In this document: positions 19,361-27,784 of the stretch, piece by piece
How the letters are laid out: each line of letters begins with the position of its first letter
Position numbering within the stretch: the stretch's first letter is position 1
Assembly (NCBI GenBank): GCA_049719805.1
Contig: JBNARF010000002.1
Span: 275,495-339,494, forward strand
Length of the DNA: 64,000 nt
Direction: 5' to 3'
From: Candidatus Hydrothermia bacterium
GTDB lineage: Bacteria; Hydrothermota; Hydrothermia; UBA1063
Notes under the pieces: generated by a model
The model's database searches: none
Seen by the model: only the letters and a program-made list of their open reading frames with translations
What the model was told of the DNA's origin: nothing
Position numbers and translations under genes: made by a program

Positions 19361-21230
19361 GCTATATATCCTTGTTTTATCCGCTGGATTCGGTGAACGC
19401 CTCAGACCTATTACTTACTCTATTCCCAAGGTTCTTTTACCTGTACTTGGCAAACCCCTCCTTATCAGGGTCCTTGATAATTTAAAAAAGTTTTTCCCGC
19501 GCTCAGAAGTTTACGTAAACTTGCACCATCTTGCTGAAAAAGTAAGCAGAAGTTTAAAGGAATTTTACCCTGAAGTTATTACCGTTTACGAGCCTCAGAT
19601 ATTAGGAACAGGTGGAGGAATTGTTAATGTTTCAAAAATCTCCCGTGGAGATAATATCCTGGTGCAAAATGGAGATATTCTAACATATTTTGATTTAAGA
19701 GGGTTTTATGAATACCATAAAAAGAATAATTTTGACATTACGCTGGCTATTAGCCAAAAAGTTTCTAAAAAAAATCTGCTGGTAAAAGGCACATTATTTC
19801 AGGGTATAAAGGAGGAAGGGCATACAGGATTTGCCGGCGTTGCTATTTATAACATGGAATTACTTCGGAACATGAGTCTGTATACTTTTGATGCTAAGGA
19901 AGTATGGGAATATTGCATAAGAAGAGGTGGACGTATTGGAGTATTTGACATTGGAGATTCCTTCTGGGTGGATGTGGGTACTCCACAAAGTTACGCCAGA
20001 TTGATACGAAATATATTGCAAAAATATGGCGAAAATGTTTTTATAAATACAACATCTTTGGATTTGCCAGTGGTGGAATTTGACGGCTTTTTCGTGATAG
20101 AAGGGGAACCTCGCCTTATTAAAGGGAGCAAATTCAGGAATGTCATTATTATCGGAGATCCTGAGGTAGAGTTCGGAATTTATGAAAACTGTCTGATTTC
20201 ACCTTCGGGTAAGACTACCTTTAGTGAGATAGAGGTTTTTGGTGGGGTGGGTAATGGGTATGAAACAGGATTTGGAGGATCTGACAGGAAGTTTATAAGG
20301 TTTTTCAAGGGCTCAGGGGAAAGATTAGTGGAATGCCATTTTGGTAATGATAGAGAAAGTTTAGAAAAACATTTAATGGCTTATAATTTACTTTTAAAAT
20401 GCGGCATCCCAGTGGCACGAATTTACAATGTGGATCATAAACGTAATGTTATTCAGATGGAAGATCTCGGAGATGTAACCCTTTATTCTTTTTTGAAGTA
20501 TCCGCCCAACAAAGTTTTTGAGAAAGAATTCTATTTTAAAGGTATTGATTATTTAGCAAGATTACATGCCTTGGGGGTTAAAGAGAAAGAATCGGAATAC
20601 TTTAGAAGGTGGCAATTTGATTACGAGTATTTTCTTTGGGAGCAAAACCATTTTTTCAACAATTTTTTGGAAAGAGTGTTGGGAGTTAAGGCAGGAAATA
20701 GTTTAAAGGAATGTTTGAGCAAAATTGCGGAGATTTCCGCGTCCTTTCCACGAGTTGTTCTGCACAGGGATTTTCAGAGTCAGAATTTAATGGTGGACAG
20801 GATGGGGGGTTTAAGAGTAATTGACTTTGTAGGAATGCGTTGGGGTCCTAAAACTTATGACCTTGTTTCTTTCCTGTTTGATCCCTACAGAGACATAGGA
20901 GAAGAACTAAGAGAGAGCTTAATCAGTTATTATATAGAGCGATATAAAGAGCTAAGTGGTAACAAACTAACTAGAGAAGAAATTGATAAGGAACTCCCTT
21001 ATATCAGGGTCCAAAGACTCCTTCAAGCTCTGGGTGCATACGGATATCTTTCCAGGGTGAAGGGTAAAACATTTTTTGAAAAGTTTTTCTTCCGAGGCGT
21101 GCAACTTCTCATTGATGTCCTAGCTCACAAAGCTTTGCGATGTAAAGAGTTAAATGAATTATTTCTGATTTTAAAAAATGCTTTTCTTGACACTAAGGAT
21201 AATATTGATTATAATATACCAATTGTTTGA
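19353..21230 (+). CDS. Bifunctional sugar-1-phosphate nucleotidyltransferase (MurU/LicC-like) / APH-fold kinase (AmgK/LicA-like)
   Basis: 625 aa; N-terminal NTP-transferase motifs (LVLSAGFGERLRP, GTGGG); C-terminal phosphotransferase Brenner motif (VVLHRDFQSQNLMV) and DFVGM metal-binding loop. Confidence 0.6.
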   Translation: MSELYILVLSAGFGERLRPITYSIPKVLLPVLGKPLLIRVLDNLKKFFPRSEVYVNLHHLAEKVSRSLKEFYPEVITVYEPQILGTGGGIVNVSKISRGDNILVQNGDILTYFDLRGFYEYHKKNNFDITLAISQKVSKKNLLVKGTLFQGIKEEGHTGFAGVAIYNMELLRNMSLYTFDAKEVWEYCIRRGGRIGVFDIGDSFWVDVGTPQSYARLIRNILQKYGENVFINTTSLDLPVVEFDGFFVIEGEPRLIKGSKFRNVIIIGDPEVEFGIYENCLISPSGKTTFSEIEVFGGVGNGYETGFGGSDRKFIRFFKGSGERLVECHFGNDRESLEKHLMAYNLLLKCGIPVARIYNVDHKRNVIQMEDLGDVTLYSFLKYPPNKVFEKEFYFKGIDYLARLHALGVKEKESEYFRRWQFDYEYFLWEQNHFFNNFLERVLGVKAGNSLKECLSKIAEISASFPRVVLHRDFQSQNLMVDRMGGLRVIDFVGMRWGPKTYDLVSFLFDPYRDIGEELRESLISYYIERYKELSGNKLTREEIDKELPYIRVQRLLQALGAYGYLSRVKGKTFFEKFFFRGVQLLIDVLAHKALRCKELNELFLILKNAFLDTKDNIDYNIPIV

Positions 21231-21250
21231 TAGGTGTAAGGTGATAAAAA

Positions 21251-23050
21251 ATGTTTAAGACAAGTGGACCAGATTTCAAAAAAATTAAGCTCGAAGCCCA
21301 AAAGCTCATTGGGCAGGGTAAATATCAGGAAGCGTTAAATAAGTTAATAGAACTAAGCAAGCAGATCAGCGACCCAGAAGTTTACAATTCTATTGGCGAC
21401 CTCTATATCAGGTTCCAGAATAATGAGCAAGCCCTTCAATATCTCGAAAAAGCATACAAAATCTACAGAGAGCAGGATTTCAGAGAGATAGCTATTTCTG
21501 TGGCTAAGAAAATTCTTCGTATCGAAAAGGATAGGCATGATATTTACATTGATTTGGTTGAAATGGAAATGGAGAACGGTAATGTGGATAAAGCCCTTGA
21601 TTGGGCATTGGAGTTTGTAAAGCTACCTAACCCTGATCCTAGCTATGTGGGTAAGCTTTTTAGATTATTAAATGATATAGCTAATGAAATTCAGGAGAAT
21701 ACAGAACAGGCGACAAAATTCGAGAGACTCTTCATTAAATTGCAAGAGCTTGCGGAGCAGCTCTCTTTAGCTACCCTTGAGTCAGGAATTGAAATTGCGG
21801 ATGCAAAGGAATTTTTTGATAAAGGAGATTTTGAAGAATACGGTGGATTTTTTGATGCGGGTCACCCAGCTGAAGAAGCGAAGATTAAGAAAACCACCAG
21901 AAAGAAGGAAGAGCAAGAACCTGTTGAAAAGATAGAATTTTTTGAACAAGAAGAGGAAGAGAAAAGTTTTATAACTGCTTCTGGATTTTCCAATTTTCTT
22001 GAAGTGGAGAAATCTGATAATATTGAAAAAACCGTTCTGGAAGAGAAACCTACATCTTCTCATAAGTCAGAAGAAAGTGTGAAATTCGAGATTTCTGAGA
22101 AAACTGAGTTTGTAGAAGAAACTGAAGAAAAATTGGATTTGTTACCCCCTGAATCCAAGAGCGTCTCGGATAAGAGGCCGCCATCTGAGCAGTTTAAAAC
22201 AGTTTTAGAGGAAGAGCTTCCAGAGGAAATCGAGGCAGAACAAAAGGTATGGGAATCATTGACATCAAAAAAAATCACCGAACAGAAGCCGGTTCCTGAA
22301 GTAACAAGCAGTAAAGAATCTTCAGCTGAAGAGGAGGAACCTGAAAAACTCAGGGTGGCTTTTGACGAGTATGTGAAACTGAAAGAAGAGGAGAAAAAAG
22401 TCACTTTTGATGAGGTTGTAAGCGAGAAATTTAAGAGTGAATCAAAGGAAGAACCGAAACTGGAGCAAAAACCGACTGAGGGGGGAGTTCTCGAAAAAGT
22501 TGTAAAAGAGTCAACAACTGAGAAATTCTCCAAGGAGTTTAAGTCTTCCGTTTTTCAGGAAAAAGAAGCAGCACCCGCTGTAGTGCAGAAACCTAGAGAA
22601 TTTAGTGAAGCTATGTCAGATTTACTAAAGATTATAAGAGATTTCAAAGAAGATCTTGTTGGTTTAGAGACGTGGCCTTACTCTTCCGATTCTCCCTTTG
22701 AAGTTGCAAAAGAATATTACGAAATGAAGCTCTATCAGCCAGCAGTCGAAGAATTCCAGAAGCTTCTAGGAGACCCCAGATACAGGCTTCAATCAATGAC
22801 TTATTTAGGAAAGATATTCTATGAAAGGGGTGAGTTAGATTTTGCCGAGGCAATACTCAGGAAGGCTATCGAAGAAGCTGGATATATGGAGAAGGAATCC
22901 ATTGAGGCTTACTATTATCTTGCCCTAACCCTTGAGGCGCTTAAGCGTTTTATGGAAGCAAAAGAATTATATTTGAGGGTGTATATATTCGATTCAAGTT
23001 TTAGGGATGTTGCTGCAAAAGTAATGACATTAAGGAGTAAAGCACTATGA
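21251..23050 (+). CDS. Hypothetical protein: TPR-like helical termini flanking a long acidic/Lys-rich low-complexity region
   Basis: 599 aa; TPR-like N- and C-terminal segments, central ~300 aa rich in E/K/S/T; stop overlaps the next gene's start (ATGA). Confidence 0.45.
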   Translation: MFKTSGPDFKKIKLEAQKLIGQGKYQEALNKLIELSKQISDPEVYNSIGDLYIRFQNNEQALQYLEKAYKIYREQDFREIAISVAKKILRIEKDRHDIYIDLVEMEMENGNVDKALDWALEFVKLPNPDPSYVGKLFRLLNDIANEIQENTEQATKFERLFIKLQELAEQLSLATLESGIEIADAKEFFDKGDFEEYGGFFDAGHPAEEAKIKKTTRKKEEQEPVEKIEFFEQEEEEKSFITASGFSNFLEVEKSDNIEKTVLEEKPTSSHKSEESVKFEISEKTEFVEETEEKLDLLPPESKSVSDKRPPSEQFKTVLEEELPEEIEAEQKVWESLTSKKITEQKPVPEVTSSKESSAEEEEPEKLRVAFDEYVKLKEEEKKVTFDEVVSEKFKSESKEEPKLEQKPTEGGVLEKVVKESTTEKFSKEFKSSVFQEKEAAPAVVQKPREFSEAMSDLLKIIRDFKEDLVGLETWPYSSDSPFEVAKEYYEMKLYQPAVEEFQKLLGDPRYRLQSMTYLGKIFYERGELDFAEAILRKAIEEAGYMEKESIEAYYYLALTLEALKRFMEAKELYLRVYIFDSSFRDVAAKVMTLRSKAL

Positions 23051-24288
23051 TGAAGAAGGATTTAAAAGTTGAAGAAAAACCTCAAGGTAAGGTTACCTTC
23101 GTGGAGCTTCTTGAAAAGAGCGGCATCATTTCCAAAGAGGCCATTAAAGCTGCCCTTGCTGAGCAATGGGAGAGAGGGGGAACTTTAGAAGAGATTCTCG
23201 TTGAAAAGGGATACTTAAACGAGGAACAATTTGTTAAATTTATACTTGATAAATTTCCTATGCTACATTATGTGAGCTTGAAAGATATAGATATTGATAC
23301 TGAAGCTGTTGAACATATCCCAGCCAGAATTGCTAAGAAGTACTTACTGATCCCGGTTAGAAAGAAGGGGAAATCCTTAGCTGTGACCATGGCAAATCCC
23401 TTAAATAAAGAAATGCTCATCGAACTGAAAAACGTTACAGATTTGAAAATTAGACCATTTGTTTCAAAGATTTCGGAGATAAAGGAAGCCATTGCTAAGT
23501 ATTACGGAGAGATTGGAGAAGCAGAGGAAATTCCAGAACCTTTCACTGCAGATAAAGTTAAGAAAGAGATTGGAGTCCTGATAGCAAAGGATAAAACCTT
23601 TGAAAATTTCGTGGTCGGGGAAACTAATAAGCATGCCTATTTGCTTTGCGCAGATATTGCAAAAACTCGAGGAGTTGGAGAGAAGCGGCTTTTCATATGG
23701 GGGCCAGAAGGTACGGGGAAAACTCATCTTCTTCAAGCTATTGCGAACTACCTTTTAGAGAATGAAGCTCTAAGGAGATTCATATACATTGATGCTATAA
23801 AGTTTGTTACAACCCTGAAGGGTTTTAAGTCAGAGCGCGAGGTGGATCGGTATTTAAAAATTCTTACAGATCTTGATTTACTTCTCTTTGATGACTTAGA
23901 CTTTCTAATAGGTAAGGATTATGCTCAAGAGGCTTTATTTTCAGTGCTTTCTGAATTAAGAATGACCGATAAACAAGTGGTAATATCCTCATCATATCCG
24001 ATGAAGGATATGCCTACTTTGAGCGTAAAAGTAAAATCTTTAATTTCTGAATTCCTTGTAGTTGGAATGGATGAGCCCTCCGTGGAGCTTAAAAGGGACA
24101 TTGTAAAAAGATTTTTGCAGGAAGAATCACTTCCCTCTGGTGTAGTTGAGTTTCTTGTAAAGAAGCCTGGTTTAACAGTTAAAAAGATTGAATCTATTGT
24201 TCGCACATTGCTCACTTACAAGAGGATAGGAGAGAAAATTGATGAAAATCTTTTAAATAAGGTGGTTTCAGGGATTATTGAAAGTTAA
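23047..24288 (+). CDS. Fusion protein: N-terminal GspE-N (T2SSE_N/MshEN-like) domain + DnaA/Hda-like AAA+ ATPase domain, no DnaA domain IV
   Basis: 413 aa; residues ~15-155 match the GspE/PilB N-terminal domain pattern; residues ~180-400 match DnaA domain III: FVVGETNKHAY, Walker A WGPEGTGKTHLL, Walker B LLLFDDLDFL. Confidence 0.6.
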   Translation: MMKKDLKVEEKPQGKVTFVELLEKSGIISKEAIKAALAEQWERGGTLEEILVEKGYLNEEQFVKFILDKFPMLHYVSLKDIDIDTEAVEHIPARIAKKYLLIPVRKKGKSLAVTMANPLNKEMLIELKNVTDLKIRPFVSKISEIKEAIAKYYGEIGEAEEIPEPFTADKVKKEIGVLIAKDKTFENFVVGETNKHAYLLCADIAKTRGVGEKRLFIWGPEGTGKTHLLQAIANYLLENEALRRFIYIDAIKFVTTLKGFKSEREVDRYLKILTDLDLLLFDDLDFLIGKDYAQEALFSVLSELRMTDKQVVISSSYPMKDMPTLSVKVKSLISEFLVVGMDEPSVELKRDIVKRFLQEESLPSGVVEFLVKKPGLTVKKIESIVRTLLTYKRIGEKIDENLLNKVVSGIIES

Positions 24289-24302
24289 AAGGGGGTTTTA
24301 AA

Positions 24303-25922
24303 ATGGCTTTGTTAGGTCAACTGGGTTTGGGAGCTAAGGGCAAAACGAAAGGGAGCATAGTAGCCCTTGATATAGGTTCAAAATATGTAAAAGCTGCGTT
24401 ATTTGAGAGAAGGAAGAACGAGTTAGTGTTTAGGGGACTAGCTGTGGAAAAGGTCCCACCCGATGTGATCCTGGGTAAAGATATAATCGACCGGCAGGTT
24501 CTGGTAGATAAGATAAGGGATGCTTACTCCAAGCTTGGCACTGAAGTTAGAGATGTGGTGGTGAACGTAGCCGGTGGTGAGGTGAAAACTAAGGCCTTCG
24601 TTATACCTGACCTAAAGAAAAAAGAAAAGATAGCGGAGGCAGTGGACTGGAAGATAAAGGATGAGTTGCACGTGGATCCTACCGAGATAGTCAGGGATTA
24701 CGAACTTCTTGGAAAAAGCGAAGTGAGTGAGTCTCTGGATATGCTTGTGGGTACTGCCAAGTTGAGTGTGGTTTATGATATCATGGATATTGTGAGGGCT
24801 GCAAGACTTGAGCCTATAATGGTTACAACCGATCTCCTGGCCCTTTGGAGAGTTATTGAGGCCCTCGATTTAAAAGACCTTCCTGGAGATAACGTATTTT
24901 TCCATCTGGGTTACGAAGTGGGACTCCTAATTCATGTTAAAGATGGCAAGATCCAACAGATGATCGAAGTCCCAGCGGGTTTAAAATCATATGTGGATAA
25001 CTTATCCAGATTCTTTGACCTAAGAGTAGAAGAGGCCGAAGAAATTGTTATAAATGGCCCTACTTCCGGTATTGATAAAGTTTCTTTTGATGAGACTGTT
25101 GATTCGCTCCATGAGAGGTTTCTTTCGCCTGAAAAATATATACCTTTACTTGGTGAGCCAGGTGTTAAATTTAATTTATACATCTCTGGTGGTGGAAGTA
25201 AATTATACGGTGTAAGTGCTTTTGTTAAGAATAAGTATGGTGTCGATCTTAAATTCATAGATGTCTCAACCTTGTTTGCAGTTGAAGAACCTGTAAAGGG
25301 TATCAAAGATTATTTAAACTTACTAACTATAGTAATTGGTGATGCACTTCATTATTTCAGGAAAGGGCACAAGATAAACTTAATGCCTCAAGAAGCAGGG
25401 ATGGAAGCAGTAGCGGTTGAGGGTGAGGTTTCTTTATTACCTCATGTGGTGGGGGCACTCTCAATATGGCTTGTAATTGTCATTGTAATTGCTGTGCTGT
25501 CCATCGGAACCTCAAGGAGGATTTCAGGGCTTAAGAATCAAATAGCCAGGTTACAGGCTGAAGAGGTGGAACTTCAGAGAAAAGCTGACGAAATCAGGGG
25601 ATTTAAACAAGAAATTGAAGACGCCAGGCGAAAATTGGATCTTATTCAGCAGCTTCAAATGGGTAGAACGGTTTATGTAAGACTTCTCGATGAAATAAAC
25701 AGGGTTCTTCCCTCCGGGTGCTGGCTCGAGTCTGTAAGAAAAAGTGGTAGTTATCTTAATGTTTCTGGAGGAGCCCTTTCAAATATTAGAATATCTCAAT
25801 TTATGTCTAATCTCAAAAAGTCAGATGTAGTTGATTCTGTATACCTCCAGTCCATTGAAGTCTCTGGGGGTAGTCAACAAGAAAGATATGCAAGGTTTGA
25901 AATTAATGTTAAACTGAAATAA
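24303..25922 (+). CDS. pilM: Type IV pilus assembly protein PilM fused to PilN-like TM/coiled-coil/periplasmic region
   Basis: 539 aa; actin-like PilM N-terminus (IVALDIGSKYVKAA), then TM helix (ALSIWLVIVIVIAVLSIG), coiled coil and periplasmic domain as in PilN. Confidence 0.65.
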   Translation: MALLGQLGLGAKGKTKGSIVALDIGSKYVKAALFERRKNELVFRGLAVEKVPPDVILGKDIIDRQVLVDKIRDAYSKLGTEVRDVVVNVAGGEVKTKAFVIPDLKKKEKIAEAVDWKIKDELHVDPTEIVRDYELLGKSEVSESLDMLVGTAKLSVVYDIMDIVRAARLEPIMVTTDLLALWRVIEALDLKDLPGDNVFFHLGYEVGLLIHVKDGKIQQMIEVPAGLKSYVDNLSRFFDLRVEEAEEIVINGPTSGIDKVSFDETVDSLHERFLSPEKYIPLLGEPGVKFNLYISGGGSKLYGVSAFVKNKYGVDLKFIDVSTLFAVEEPVKGIKDYLNLLTIVIGDALHYFRKGHKINLMPQEAGMEAVAVEGEVSLLPHVVGALSIWLVIVIVIAVLSIGTSRRISGLKNQIARLQAEEVELQRKADEIRGFKQEIEDARRKLDLIQQLQMGRTVYVRLLDEINRVLPSGCWLESVRKSGSYLNVSGGALSNIRISQFMSNLKKSDVVDSVYLQSIEVSGGSQQERYARFEINVKLK

Positions 25923-25935
25923 AGGAGGTTTAATT

Positions 25936-26385
25936 ATGAAGAGGTATTTTTACCTTATAATTGCAGTAGTCCTTGGTCTTGTGCTTTCATCCTGTGAAAA
26001 GGTGGATAAAGACGCTACACTGACAGGTCGGGTAGGGTATGCCATTGCGTATATCGATACGGTTCATCAGGAAACCACCTTTGTTTTTCAAAATGCAGCG
26101 GGTGCAAGGGTTTATTTAATGGGTGATGATGCTTCACCTAATCCTTATACAGGTCCGGTACTTGAAACCACTACTGATTCCACCGGAACTTATCAGTTTG
26201 TCGTAAATGCTGTGACTGAGCCCAGTACCTCTTTTATCCCTACTAACAATTTTGGGATTAAGATTCAGGTGTTCTACTTTGATAATATAATTGGCCCAGC
26301 CTATGGAGAACTTAGCGGATATCACTTTACGCCCGGGAAAGACGCCACACTTCCAATAATATATCTTAAGCGGCAAACTCAGTAG
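25936..26385 (+). CDS. Small lipoprotein, beta-sandwich-like (carboxypeptidase-regulatory-like); unknown function
   Basis: 149 aa; signal peptide with lipobox LVLSSC; TGTYQF-type motif; AGGAGG RBS; sits between pilMN and pilO. Confidence 0.5.
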   Translation: MKRYFYLIIAVVLGLVLSSCEKVDKDATLTGRVGYAIAYIDTVHQETTFVFQNAAGARVYLMGDDASPNPYTGPVLETTTDSTGTYQFVVNAVTEPSTSFIPTNNFGIKIQVFYFDNIIGPAYGELSGYHFTPGKDATLPIIYLKRQTQ

Positions 26386-26394
26386 GAGTGAAAA

Positions 26395-26985
26395 ATGGAA
26401 AAATTAAAATCTCCGGCAGTAATATGGCTTTTAGGAGTAATTATATACGTATTGACCTTTATGTTCCTCTGGAATTCCATGTATGCCTCCAAATCCAGGG
26501 AACTCAAGACAGTAGAAGCAAAATATAAGGAGCAATACTCTAGAGTTCAGAATCTTCGTGAATTTGTAAAGGATTATGATAGAATAATAAGAGAAAAGGA
26601 CTCTTTGCTTGCCCTGTGGGAGGAGACTCAGAGGTTTTTGCCTCAGGAAGAAAATATGGACACATGGCTTTCTCAGATTACTGGTATGGCCATTAGTTCA
26701 GGGGTTCAAATATACAGTTTTAAGCCACAGTCACCCAGACAGCAGGAATTATATCGAGAGTATCCCATTGTGATGAAGGTAAGGGGTGGCTTCCATGAGC
26801 TTGGTACATTTATAAGCTTTATAGCCAACTCAGAGAGGATAATGAGTGTGGAGAATCTTCAACTACAACGTGTATCAGGACAAGAAATAGAGAGTGGACA
26901 AACGGTTGATGCTGAATTGACGGTTATATGTTATGTTTATAGTCCAGTGCAGGGGGCCGGAAAACCATCGGGAGGTTCACGATGA
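26395..26985 (+). CDS. pilO: Type IV pilus assembly protein PilO-like
   Basis: 196 aa; N-terminal TM helix, coiled coil, periplasmic domain; position between pilMN and pilP/pilQ. Confidence 0.55.
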   Translation: MEKLKSPAVIWLLGVIIYVLTFMFLWNSMYASKSRELKTVEAKYKEQYSRVQNLREFVKDYDRIIREKDSLLALWEETQRFLPQEENMDTWLSQITGMAISSGVQIYSFKPQSPRQQELYREYPIVMKVRGGFHELGTFISFIANSERIMSVENLQLQRVSGQEIESGQTVDAELTVICYVYSPVQGAGKPSGGSR

Positions 26986-27770
26986 GAAAAATTGTATTTT
27001 TTAATTTTTTATTTATTACATTATTGCTTAGCACTTTGCGAGCCCAGAATATGATAACTTCTTATTCTGTTCAAGAATCCGATGAAGGAGTTAGCATTAT
27101 TCTCGAGTTCTCTGAAGGGGTACCTCAGTATAGAGATTTTACCCTTGCAAATCCTCCCAGGATAGTGGTAGATTTGATTAACGTGGGGTATTCCTTAGGG
27201 GGAAAGCTTTTCGTAGTGGGAAAAGGTGGAGTGGAGCGAATAAGAGGAGCTCAGTACCAGAGAGAGCCGGAACTTGTTGCAAGAATTGTTCTTGATGTAG
27301 ATGAGTTTAGAAGCTACTCCATAGTAACATCGGAGAAATCCCTTATAATAAAAGTAGGTGGTATATCCAGCGTACCCTATTCCTCTTCTGCGCCAGGCGA
27401 AGCTGCTCCAGCACCTACCGAGAAAACCACTACAGTAAAAACTGAAGAAAAACAATACAAATTGGAAGTTGGGGAGAAGTACTTCTATTCTTCAAGGGGT
27501 AAAAAAGACCCCTTTAAGCCAGAAGCATTTGGTGAAGAGGAAGAACTTTTAAATGTTAGCGAGGCAAAACTCCTTGGGATTATAAAAAGCGATGAAGGAA
27601 ATGTAGCCCTTCTTCAGGATAGAAGGGGAGTAGGCTACGTTTTGAAAGAAGGAGACAGGGTCAGAAACGGTCGGGTAGTAAAGATTGAATCCGACCGTGT
27701 AGTTTTCGCTATTGTAGATTTTGGTTTTACAAGAAGGGTTGAATTAAAATTGGAGGAAGAAAATAAATAA
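26982..27770 (+). CDS. Secreted AMIN-domain protein with C-terminal PilP-like domain
   Basis: 262 aa; signal peptide; AMIN-like motifs (PPRIVVDLINV, ARIVLDVDE); Pro/Ala/Thr linker; C-terminal KDPFKP...LLGII...VKIESDRVVF resembles PilP. Confidence 0.5.
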   Translation: MRKIVFFNFLFITLLLSTLRAQNMITSYSVQESDEGVSIILEFSEGVPQYRDFTLANPPRIVVDLINVGYSLGGKLFVVGKGGVERIRGAQYQREPELVARIVLDVDEFRSYSIVTSEKSLIIKVGGISSVPYSSSAPGEAAPAPTEKTTTVKTEEKQYKLEVGEKYFYSSRGKKDPFKPEAFGEEEELLNVSEAKLLGIIKSDEGNVALLQDRRGVGYVLKEGDRVRNGRVVKIESDRVVFAIVDFGFTRRVELKLEEENK

Positions 27771-27784
27771 AAGGAGGTTTAGTA

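Noticed and set aside
21782-22533. Two minus-strand ORFs (93 and 157 aa) with Ser/Phe/Leu-rich low-complexity translations
   Set aside because: Antisense artefacts of the purine-rich (E/K-coding) region of the acidic TPR protein gene
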